Source: Candidatus Poribacteria bacterium (GTDB lineage: Bacteria; Poribacteria; WGA-4E; PCPOR2b). From it: a stretch of 64,000 nt of DNA. Shown piece by piece: positions 22,647-31,552 of the stretch. The stretch's first letter is position 1. Every line of letters starts with the position of its first letter. The stretch is taken from the NCBI GenBank assembly GCA_965208675.1, contig OZ242351.1, forward strand, positions 448,001-512,000, read 5' to 3'. The notes under the pieces were generated by a model, which was given only the letters and a program-made list of their open reading frames with translations, was not told the origin of the DNA and made no database searches. Position numbers and translations under genes: made by a program.

Positions 22647-23417
22647 ATGGACTATTTCTACATCAACACCAACCAAAGCAATGCCCCCGACCAATTCCCC
22701 GTCTGGTTAGACAACAACATGGCATTCGTACATGGCGAAAAGTTGGGGAAACGACTCGATAACCTCTCACCCGGCGACATCTGTCTGATGTATATTAGCG
22801 AGCGAGGTGTGAAAGCAGTGGGCGAAGTGCTCAACAATCGGGATAAGACACCGTATCGCAAGCACATGATTCGCCGGAAGGAAAGACTCGATGCAAACGA
22901 ATATCGAATCGATGTCCGTTGGTATCTCGTACTCCCGGAACCAATTACACCCGAAGTGCTCAGAATCAGGTATGGGCTTGAACCCTGGATCGGCACTGTC
23001 AATCGCATCATAGAGAAAAAGCATAAAGCCGAAGAACTGATACGCCACCTGGAGGAAAAATACGCACGAATCCCACAGCAAGTTGACGAGAACGAAATCG
23101 CTGAATCACATCGCGAAGGCAACCTACGCCAAATCACCGTCAATGCGCATGAACGCAATCAAAAAGCCAGAGCAAAATGTATTGCGCATTACGGATACTG
23201 TTGTGCTGTGTGTGGTTTCAATTTTGAGGCAAAGTATGGCGAGGTGGGACAAGGCGTCATTGAAGTGCACCACATAACGCCCTTGTCTCAAATCAGCGGC
23301 GAATATGCAGTCGACCCGATCGAAGATTTGATACCCGTTTGTTCCAACTGTCACACTATTATACATAAACAAAAACCGCCATACGGCATTGAAGAAGTTA
23401 CAGCACTTTTGAAGTGA
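22647..23417 (+). CDS. McrA-like HNH endonuclease with an N-terminal EVE/PUA-like domain
   Basis: 'ERN.KAR..C..HYG..C.VCGF', 'IEVHH..P' and 'CSNCH'; N-terminal 'L.PGD...MY....GV.AVGEV'. Confidence 0.8.
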   Translation: MDYFYINTNQSNAPDQFPVWLDNNMAFVHGEKLGKRLDNLSPGDICLMYISERGVKAVGEVLNNRDKTPYRKHMIRRKERLDANEYRIDVRWYLVLPEPITPEVLRIRYGLEPWIGTVNRIIEKKHKAEELIRHLEEKYARIPQQVDENEIAESHREGNLRQITVNAHERNQKARAKCIAHYGYCCAVCGFNFEAKYGEVGQGVIEVHHITPLSQISGEYAVDPIEDLIPVCSNCHTIIHKQKPPYGIEEVTALLK

Positions 23418-23552
23418 GCGACAGGTAAAACTCATGGCGTCATCGCGTTAGATAAGCTGGGACAGTTTTTGTAGGTTGGGTTTCGCTACGCCAAACAAAT
23501 CTTGAACGCAATTATAGTCATTTAGGTTCATATTTACACAAGGAGGAATCGG

Positions 23553-23631
23553 CTGATTGACAATCGAGGCTAGGAAGCCTCTCCCACAATCCAATGAGTA
23601 AATGTATAATTTTTAGTCGCAATGGCTATAG
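23553..23631 (-). repeat. Right arm of the 79-bp inverted repeat bounding defence island 1
   Basis: 74/79 inverted match to 12953-13031. Confidence 0.92.
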
Positions 23632-23892
23632 AATGTGCGGAAGCTGATGTGAAAGCGGGAAGGCTAAAGCGTTTGGGGTGCTGTTAGACAGGACTTTTGA
23701 CGTACAGTTTACTGATGGCGACTGTAGCATCCCGATTTTACGAAACGAACCCAAATCGAAGCCAATTGTGGCGAAGTGTTTTCAATCCGTTTCATCCTTA
23801 AATCTGCGGCAATCCGTGATTCAGACAAATGCACTCGCCGGCGATGGGCGGAAGAATTGTGCAAAATCTGTCAAATTTTGTAAACTTTTGTC

Positions 23893-24081
23893 AAATAGGA
23901 GCTACGCAGTTGAACATCCATAGGTTCGTAGTAGGGATTAAGGAAGCGAATAGCGACCGCGATGGGAATCCACGTTATTGCCCATTTCTGCATAAAAAAT
24001 ATGTCAGGTCAAGGAAATGAACGGCCTGCCGGACGCGCAATAAATTGCGCTACTACAAACTGAACCGCGTAAGTCCTATTT
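23893..24081. mobile_element. MITE-like element containing a GTAG-type REP
   Basis: Imperfect TIRs AAATAGGAGCTACGCAGTTGA / rc AAATAGGACTTACGCGGTTCA (17/21); internal GCGCAATAAATTGCGC-TACTAC palindrome. Confidence 0.6.
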
Positions 24082-24210
24082 AGATTAGCGGTGTAAACTG
24101 CTTGGTTTTACGCCTCGCCGAGATTCGTCACCTCTATCTTCCTCGGTCCTCATAGGCCAAAGCTAATCCGCTTCAATGAATAGTGGAAATTCCAGAAACT
24201 AGACAACTAT

Positions 24211-25602
24211 ATGACAGATCAAACGAAGTTCGATGATTTGAAGAGCATTATTACACCGGCGCACATATCTCAAGATCCGGAGGACTTAGCACTTCACAGT
24301 TGTGACTGGTGGCCCATAGCTATCAAGCGACGGCAACAAGGCAGGACGCCGATGCGCCCGGAGCTAGTCGTGCGCCCTAGCATTCAAGACGAGGTATCAA
24401 GGATTCTCGCTTGGGCGAATCAGCGGGGTGTAGCGGTCACCCCGTGGGGAGCCGGTTCCGCCGTGACCGGTGCGCCCCTCCCTACACAGGAGGGCATCTC
24501 CTTGGACCTTTCGACTATGAATCGGACGCTCCACATCGATTCGATTGATCATCTTGTCCGCGTTGAAGCCGGCAAAATTGGAATTCAGTTGGAACAAGAA
24601 CTGAACGAGAAGGGATTCACGCTAAACCATTCGCCGCAGTCGCTGAATCGATCGAGCGTAGGCGGATGGCTGTCGACGCGCTCCAGTGGACAATTCTCGA
24701 GCCGTTGGGGCAATATAGAAGATTTGTGCATTTCCTTTACAGTCGTGCTCGCCAACGGCGAAGTTCTAACAATGCCCCAAACGCCTCGCGCCGCCGTTGG
24801 GCCGGACCTTCGCCATATTTTCATCGGTGCTGAAGGTACCTCTGGTGTAATCACCGAAGTTAGTCTCAAGATGTTTCCGCTTCCGGAAACTCGCTGCTAC
24901 GAGAGTTTTCGTTTTCCCAAACTTCATCAAGGCCTGAATGCCGTTCGGCAAATCATGCAGTCCGGTTTTCGTCCGTTTCTGGTGCGTTTGTATGACGCCG
25001 ATGAATCAAAGCATGTCATGGCAGACGAGCGATTTACAGATTCCGTTTTGTTTGTCGGCTGTGAGGGCATCCGGGAGGTTGCGATGGCTGAAATGCATGC
25101 CGCTACGGACATCTGTCTCCAGAGCGGCGGGGAAGCCATGGGACCAGGTCCAGCCGAATCCTGGATGCAGCGGCGTTTTGATTTCTCGACGTTTGAGCGC
25201 ACGCTAGACTTGCCCGGCGGAATTGCTGAGACCGTTGAGGTGTCACACTTCTGGAGCGAAGTGGAACACACGTATTGCGTAATGAAGGAGGCATTGCGCC
25301 CCTTTGTTGATCAGGTTCTGTGCCATTTTTCCCACGCCTATCCCCAAGGTACATCGCTTTACCTGATTCTCTTCGGGCAGGCTGTGGATGACCGAGAGGC
25401 AGAAAACACTATTCTACGGATTTGGGACGTGGCTATGGAGGCTGCTCTGCGCAAAGGCGCCGCCATCTCGCACCATCACGGGATTGGATTTGCGCGCCGA
25501 AAATATGTCGCACCGTATTTGGGCAGCGGATACAAAATGATCCAACAGTTGAAGGATGCGGTTGACCCGAACGGAATCATGAATCCCGGCAAATTGGTTT
25601 AA
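24211..25602 (+). CDS. FAD-binding oxidoreductase (alkyl-DHAP synthase/FAD-oxidase_C family)
   Basis: 'PWGAGS', 'HSPQS...SSVGGW', 'GAEGT.GVITE', 'SHHHGIG' and 'DPNGIMNPGK'. Confidence 0.88.
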   Translation: MTDQTKFDDLKSIITPAHISQDPEDLALHSCDWWPIAIKRRQQGRTPMRPELVVRPSIQDEVSRILAWANQRGVAVTPWGAGSAVTGAPLPTQEGISLDLSTMNRTLHIDSIDHLVRVEAGKIGIQLEQELNEKGFTLNHSPQSLNRSSVGGWLSTRSSGQFSSRWGNIEDLCISFTVVLANGEVLTMPQTPRAAVGPDLRHIFIGAEGTSGVITEVSLKMFPLPETRCYESFRFPKLHQGLNAVRQIMQSGFRPFLVRLYDADESKHVMADERFTDSVLFVGCEGIREVAMAEMHAATDICLQSGGEAMGPGPAESWMQRRFDFSTFERTLDLPGGIAETVEVSHFWSEVEHTYCVMKEALRPFVDQVLCHFSHAYPQGTSLYLILFGQAVDDREAENTILRIWDVAMEAALRKGAAISHHHGIGFARRKYVAPYLGSGYKMIQQLKDAVDPNGIMNPGKLV

Positions 25603-25616
25603 AAGGAGCGAATTCA

Positions 25617-26249
25617 ATGAATCTAGAGGCAATTGCCGCAGAGATGAGCGATGTTAGTGAAAAATTAGTCGTGACAGGCATGGTGCATCTGCTTGGCGGC
25701 AATTTTAGCGTGCGTGAAGGTGAAAAGATGGCAATTACCGGGCACCGGTCACCGAAGAGGGACTTATCAGGAAACGACTTGTTCGTTGCCGACGTAAACA
25801 GCGATGAATCAGTTGAAGGCGCTTCTTCGACGCTGGACATGCATCGATCAATATTCAGGATGACGGATGCCGACGCTATAATTCATGCGCACCCATACTA
25901 CGCGACATTACTATCATATTATACCGATGTCATCTGCCCGATTGATGAGAACAACATCTATTACCTCGGCGAACGGGTTTATTGTATCCAATCTGAAGGA
26001 TACATGAAGTGGGCATTGCTTGCGGATCAAATGGCGGAGTTACTTACCCGAAGTCCGGCGGCAGTCTTAAAATGGCACGGCAGTTTTGCGATTGGCGACT
26101 CCCTTGCGGAGGCGTTTAATCACACTCAGGCGCTTGAACAGGCATCTCGGTTCATATTGGATACACGCCGGCTCAAGCCGCACCTAGGTCCCCCCGATTT
26201 GCCCGATTACGCCAAGCACGATTCTTTTGAGGAATCGGGAAAATCCTGA
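25617..26249 (+). CDS. Class II aldolase/adducin family protein
   Basis: 'GGNFSVR', 'IIHAHP' and 'WHG' metal-binding histidines. Confidence 0.85.
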   Translation: MNLEAIAAEMSDVSEKLVVTGMVHLLGGNFSVREGEKMAITGHRSPKRDLSGNDLFVADVNSDESVEGASSTLDMHRSIFRMTDADAIIHAHPYYATLLSYYTDVICPIDENNIYYLGERVYCIQSEGYMKWALLADQMAELLTRSPAAVLKWHGSFAIGDSLAEAFNHTQALEQASRFILDTRRLKPHLGPPDLPDYAKHDSFEESGKS

Positions 26250-26264
26250 TTGCGTAGATAGGAA

Positions 26265-27677
26265 ATGACAATCGATATAAACCGGAATCCTGCAACGCTA
26301 GTATTGGACGTGGGCAAAACCAACGTCAAACTGCTGGTCATGAGCAAAACCGGGCATGTAATTGACGATGTAAGATTAGACAATCGATCGCTTGATGCGC
26401 CGCCGTATCCTCATTTGGACACAGAACGCGTTTGGCGGTGGCTGTTGGAAACGGCGAGCGGGTTTGCCAGAAAATATACAATTGATGCCATCGTACCGAC
26501 GACTCACGGCTGCGCCGCAGCCCTAGTAGGCGCCGGCGAGTTGGTTCTACCCATCCTTGACTATGAAGCAGAAATACCGGAAGATTCAGTGGAGGCGTTT
26601 CGCGCGGTCATGCCTACGTTCGAGGAGACCCAATCCCCGGATTTGCCCGGTGGTTTGAGTCTCGGTCGGCAACTGTTTTGGTTGCAGCGGGATTTTCCGG
26701 ATGAATTTGCGCGAGCAGAGTGGGTGCTCACCTATCCTCAATACTGGGCTTGGCGGTTGAGCGGCGTTGCGGCAAGCGAGGTTACTTCAATTAGTTGTCA
26801 CAGCCACCTGTGGCGTCCGCAAACCCGGTCATTTTCTTCGCTCGTGGAAGAACAGGGGTGGTACCGTCTGTTTCCACCAATTCGTCCTGCGTATGATGCG
26901 TTGGCGCCAATTCTTACTCAGGTCGCGCAGGCGGCGGGCATTTCTCCCGAGTGTAGGATATACAATGGTATTCACGATGCCAATGCAGCGTACAGTCGTT
27001 TCATGAGAGGCTATGCGGAGCCCTTTAACCTCCTGTCTACGGGAACTTGGGTCGTCCTGATTAACCCTAACCTACCCATAGCACGACTGAATGAGCATCG
27101 GGACACCATGGCACTGGCTGACCTTAACGGCAAGCCAGTACCTATGGGACGTTTCATGGGCGGCAGGGAGTTTGAAATTTTGAGCGCAGACGTTGGCGCT
27201 ACCAAAGAATTTTCGGAAGCGGACGTAAGAAGTGTAATCGCCAAACGCAGTTTTCTGCTGCCGTCTTTCGCTGCGGGCGGCCCATATATGGGACACCGCG
27301 GCTCGGAGATAGGGCAACAGGTAAGCACTAGCGGCGAAATCCTTGCGCGTGCGACGCTGTATTTGGCGATGATGACCACGACGAGCACGCGTATTCTCGA
27401 AATGGACGGCGATCTGATAATTACGGGCGGGTTTGTCAACAACCCGTGGTATTGCCGGTTGGTAGCAACATTGACAAGGTGCCGGCGCTGTTTTGTCGAT
27501 CATCAGTCTGAAAGCACAGCGCTTGGCGCGGGCATGTTGCCCGTATGGAACGATGACGATATTCAATGGCCGCTTGATTTGACACCCGTAGAAAAATTCC
27601 ACGATACAGACCTCTTGCAGTACGCCGAAGAGTGGCAACAATTGACCAACTTACAAGCAGCCGATGGCGCCAAGTAA
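26265..27677 (+). CDS. FGGY-family carbohydrate kinase (rhamnulo/fuculokinase-like)
   Basis: 'LDVGKTNVK', 'TTHG', 'GIHD.NA', 'STGTW' and 'RFMGGRE'. Confidence 0.85.
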   Translation: MTIDINRNPATLVLDVGKTNVKLLVMSKTGHVIDDVRLDNRSLDAPPYPHLDTERVWRWLLETASGFARKYTIDAIVPTTHGCAAALVGAGELVLPILDYEAEIPEDSVEAFRAVMPTFEETQSPDLPGGLSLGRQLFWLQRDFPDEFARAEWVLTYPQYWAWRLSGVAASEVTSISCHSHLWRPQTRSFSSLVEEQGWYRLFPPIRPAYDALAPILTQVAQAAGISPECRIYNGIHDANAAYSRFMRGYAEPFNLLSTGTWVVLINPNLPIARLNEHRDTMALADLNGKPVPMGRFMGGREFEILSADVGATKEFSEADVRSVIAKRSFLLPSFAAGGPYMGHRGSEIGQQVSTSGEILARATLYLAMMTTTSTRILEMDGDLIITGGFVNNPWYCRLVATLTRCRRCFVDHQSESTALGAGMLPVWNDDDIQWPLDLTPVEKFHDTDLLQYAEEWQQLTNLQAADGAK

Positions 27678-27834
27678 GACCAAAAAGGCGAGTCATAGTC
27701 TAAAACCCTCTTTCGGGTTACCGTAAATCGGAAATCCCCAAAAAGCGTAGCGAGGACCGGTCTGCATCAAAGGCGGCCGAGAATCCACTCAAAACGGCGC
27801 AATAATTTAAGCAACGACCGTTAGCGGGCATTTC

Positions 27835-28587
27835 ATGGAATTACAAGAAGCCATTGACCACCTCGACACCTACGGCTACTGTCTTCTCGAAAATCTCATT
27901 TCCGTTGAAAGTGCGGATTGCATGGCGGAGAAGTATTTCCAGCTTCATGAAGACCCTGCCAATCGGCGGTTGTTGCAAGATCCTAACGCTGAATTGTACC
28001 AAACGCTGTTCAGCGTTATAAACCTGGACGAAATGTGTTGGGATTGCATCATACATCCACAGGTGCTCACTGTAGTGCGTCACTTCTTGGGCGAGAACGC
28101 GCGGTCCTCAGGACAGGGGAGCACGAAATGGGTTAAGCCGGGCGCGCCGATGGGCGGATTGCATGTAGACTCCGCACACGACTTGCCGCCGAGATTACCA
28201 GATATTCCGTGGATGATTAATACAATTTGGATGATAACAGACTTCACGGAAGACAACGGAGCAACAATCGTTGTACCGTTCAGCCATAGGACAAGGCGAA
28301 GGCCTTTACCGGGGATAAGTCTATCGGACATGTGTTCGCTGTCCGTTACCGGACGCCGCGGTTCAGTCGTGCTTTGGCAGGGCGGTACGTGGCACGCCAA
28401 TGGCGCAAACACATCGCATGACAATCACCGAATGGGGCTGAACTTCGCCTACTTTCCGCCGTGGTGGAATCAGGGACGCGAAGGCGCGCATACAGTTTTA
28501 CCCGAGGTGTACGCACGGATGCCTAAAACTCTCCAAGATTTGTGCCGCCATAGGGTCGGTAAAGCACGGTCTGAGGCGCGTGGATGA
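27835..28587 (+). CDS. PhyH-family dioxygenase
   Basis: LHVD, 'DFTEDNGAT..VP.SH' and 'WHANG.N'. Confidence 0.88.
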   Translation: MELQEAIDHLDTYGYCLLENLISVESADCMAEKYFQLHEDPANRRLLQDPNAELYQTLFSVINLDEMCWDCIIHPQVLTVVRHFLGENARSSGQGSTKWVKPGAPMGGLHVDSAHDLPPRLPDIPWMINTIWMITDFTEDNGATIVVPFSHRTRRRPLPGISLSDMCSLSVTGRRGSVVLWQGGTWHANGANTSHDNHRMGLNFAYFPPWWNQGREGAHTVLPEVYARMPKTLQDLCRHRVGKARSEARG

Positions 28588-28660
28588 GCGGTTGGCGGAT
28601 TGTCTGCACTGAGAAATTGCCTGAAAAACGGTCTCACAGGGCGTTATGTAATTTCTCTCC

Positions 28661-28690
28661 TTGATCGCCGCTGCAATTTTGTGCTATAAT
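28661..28690 (+). promoter_or_regulatory. Sigma70-type promoter upstream of the LamG gene
   Basis: TTGATC-N18-TATAAT with an extended -10 TG. Confidence 0.55.
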
Positions 28691-28812
28691 ACAGCCGTTA
28701 AGCACAGCTCAATTAAGTTGCTTGGCAAATAAGAACATCTTGATGTTTTTCCCGAGCAGTTTTAACCTGCTTTCCAGCAGCCAACCGGACATGTCAAATG
28801 GAGGTCATAACT

Positions 28813-29589
28813 ATGAGAACCACAGTCAGGTATCTAATGTTGGTATCGGTCGGTTTAATCCTCTTAGGACTGATATTCACCTCACACAATTACGCCCAGG
28901 TTAACCCAGATTCCTTTGCCGGGCTTTGGACCTTTGATGAAGGAGAAGGCAATGAAGCAAAAGATTCTTCAGGCAACGGAAATGATGGGGAGTTTGTGGG
29001 CAACCCCGCTTGGGTCGAGGGGAAATTCGGCAACGCCTTACAGTTTGATGGCTCAAATCATGTTGATTGCGGCGATTCTCGCTCGCTAGATATTGACGGC
29101 GAAGCGCTAACACTGATGGCGTGGGTAAAGCCAAACACAACACAGGGGTTGGATGGAATAATTGAAAAAGAGTGCGGCGCTAATGCCGGTTACAATCTCT
29201 ATTTGGATAACGGCAAAATCCATTTCAGGATGTTTGCCGGCGGGAATGTCGCTGTAGATGCTGTCGATGGGGTTCCCAACAATTCATGGTCGCATATCGC
29301 CGCGGTCTATGACGGTTCTAAGATGAAAGTTTACATCGACGGCGAATTTAACGCGGAAAGAGATCAAAGCGGTAATATAACGACTAATGATATCAAGTTA
29401 GCTATTGGCGCAAGCAGCGAGTGCGGGCGGGGGTACGATGGCGCCATCGACGAAGTCGCTATATTAAACGTTGCCTTGTCCGAAGATGAGATTAGCGATG
29501 TTATGAAGAATAGGTTTCCAGGCGTAAACGCCGTTTCGCCCAACGAAAAAATCGCAACGACCTGGGCTCGGCTAAAATCCGATGGCTAG
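28813..29589 (+). CDS. Secreted LamG-like jelly-roll (ConA-like lectin) protein
   Basis: Signal peptide; 'W.FDEG.G..A.DSSGNG', 'W.H.AAVYDG..M.VYIDG' and 'IDEVAI'; C-terminal 'KIATTWARLK'. Confidence 0.88.
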   Translation: MRTTVRYLMLVSVGLILLGLIFTSHNYAQVNPDSFAGLWTFDEGEGNEAKDSSGNGNDGEFVGNPAWVEGKFGNALQFDGSNHVDCGDSRSLDIDGEALTLMAWVKPNTTQGLDGIIEKECGANAGYNLYLDNGKIHFRMFAGGNVAVDAVDGVPNNSWSHIAAVYDGSKMKVYIDGEFNAERDQSGNITTNDIKLAIGASSECGRGYDGAIDEVAILNVALSEDEISDVMKNRFPGVNAVSPNEKIATTWARLKSDG

Positions 29590-29857
29590 AGCGGGCGAAG
29601 GGATATTTGAAAATCTCAATGTCGAAATCCGCCGCTAGGAGGTTCTAATTTAGGGCGCGATGTCGCGCGCCAGAATTCAGAGTTATCGCCGCATACGCGC
29701 CCCGAATTGTCCATTAGCTCTGACTCTCAAGTGTTCGTTGTTTTGAATGGGACTGCTATCCGGTTCGGAACAGCGGACACGTATTTTAAAATGGAAAGAC
29801 TATCGGTATATGAGGCGGTGCGGCGATTGAAATTCAATACAGCGAATTAGAAAAACA

Positions 29858-30643
29858 ATGCTCTCGGAACAGCAAATAACCGACTTCCACACCTTCGGGT
29901 TTTTAATCATCCGTCAGTTGTTTAGTCCAGATGAGCTTCAGACCATTAACGCTGAGTTCGACTTTGCGATGGACACTTCCTACCGCCATGCGCCTTTTGA
30001 CGGTACGCGCCGTCATTGGGTTACTATGGTGGGACCGCGGACTCCGTTCTTTGCCTCATTGCTTGAAGACCCTCGATTTTGCACTGTGGCAGAGCAGCTA
30101 TACGGCGAAGACGTTATCGGCGCAGTTAGCGATGCGAACCGTTACGTTAGGGAATCAAATTGGCACCGAGATACGGGGAACAGGCATCAGTACGGCGTGA
30201 AATTTGCGTATTACCTGCAACCGGTGGGAGCGGAAACCGGCGCGCTGCGCGTCGTTCCGGGGTCGCATAAGCATCCGATTAGTGACGACCTGGCGCACTA
30301 TTTTAGCCAATCCGAGCTAGGCATCCAAGACGTTCCCGCCTACGTATGCGAATCGGAACCGGGCGACGTAGTTGCATTTGACCTCCGCTGTTATCATGCG
30401 AGTTGGGGTGGTTCTAAGGACCGCCGGATGTGCACGGTGGTTTATTACAACAACCCAAAGTCTCCCGAAGAGGAGGAAGCAACCCGGGTGCAAGTGGGAG
30501 GCTTTGCCACATCCGGAACCCCGGCAAGTTTTAACCGCCCGGACGATCCATTTTACGATCCGCACTGGATTGCAAACAGTGAGCGCAGCGTGAAACGCCA
30601 ACGGTGGCTGGATCGCATGCGGGAGTTGGGATGCGCCATTTGA
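29858..30643 (+). CDS. PhyH-family dioxygenase
   Basis: WHRD, 'GALRVVPGSH' and 'PGDVVAFD...YHAS'. Confidence 0.88.
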   Translation: MLSEQQITDFHTFGFLIIRQLFSPDELQTINAEFDFAMDTSYRHAPFDGTRRHWVTMVGPRTPFFASLLEDPRFCTVAEQLYGEDVIGAVSDANRYVRESNWHRDTGNRHQYGVKFAYYLQPVGAETGALRVVPGSHKHPISDDLAHYFSQSELGIQDVPAYVCESEPGDVVAFDLRCYHASWGGSKDRRMCTVVYYNNPKSPEEEEATRVQVGGFATSGTPASFNRPDDPFYDPHWIANSERSVKRQRWLDRMRELGCAI

Positions 30644-30715
30644 AAGATATTCCATTTATTTGTGCGGAAATTCTTGCCGAAGTCCTCGTTCATTACGTCC
30701 AACCGGAAAAACTGC

Positions 30716-31480
30716 TTACCCTGCGTCGTAACATGCCTCCTTCAGAAAAGTTAACATCTGCAACCGCTTTGGTGTTGCGTCCTCAAACAGCTCGCGGGTA
30801 TAGTAGGTCCAACCGTGCGATGCATCATGATGGTAGAGCCATTTAATATACTCCTCCTCTTCCCGGGTTTGCGGATTCTGGACATAGTTAATGTAAACGC
30901 CTTTTCGAGGCGTTTCGCTAAACGCGGCGTGATAGCACTTTACATTAAATACTACAGCGTCCCCTGGATCAGACTCAATTGGATAGGCGCCCGGCACATC
31001 TTTACCTAACGGCAGGACAGACTCGCCATACTTCTGCATCCGTTCTCGATACGGCAAAAATTGGCTGCCCGGAAGTACGCATAGACAACCGGTATTCGCC
31101 CGAACGGGATTGAGAAAAAACACCACTTTGAGATGAGTCTGCCCCTCCGGCGCCACGGAGTCGTGGTGCCAACGCGTCCCGCCAAAGTGATGAATCCCCA
31201 CTGAGACAGTAAAAACGAAGTCTTTCCCTAGCAGGTCTTCCACAACTTCGTGGATGTTGTCATGATCGAGGAGTCGATGGTACACCGCTGGGTTGTGACG
31301 GTAGAACGGTACGACCTGCTGTCGCCGCGGCGCATGCTGCCAGGGCACGCCTCCGTTTGCCGCCGTCATCGTTTCATCGAACGCATCAATGAAAGTGTTC
31401 ATTTCATCGGGCGGGATGAGGTTTTTCAAACGGAGAAATCCGAGGGTTTCAAATTGATGTTTTTGTGCATCGGTAAGCAT
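30716..31480 (-). CDS. PhyH-family dioxygenase
   Basis: WHHD, 'GCL.VLPGS' and 'PGDAVVFN...YHAA'. Confidence 0.88.
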   Translation of the reverse strand: MLTDAQKHQFETLGFLRLKNLIPPDEMNTFIDAFDETMTAANGGVPWQHAPRRQQVVPFYRHNPAVYHRLLDHDNIHEVVEDLLGKDFVFTVSVGIHHFGGTRWHHDSVAPEGQTHLKVVFFLNPVRANTGCLCVLPGSQFLPYRERMQKYGESVLPLGKDVPGAYPIESDPGDAVVFNVKCYHAAFSETPRKGVYINYVQNPQTREEEEYIKWLYHHDASHGWTYYTRELFEDATPKRLQMLTFLKEACYDAG

Positions 31481-31552
31481 GTTGTACCTCCCGTGGAAGC
31501 GATGTGGAAATCTTATGTCGAGCTAACAACCTGTTCGCCGTTGTGCCGCTAA

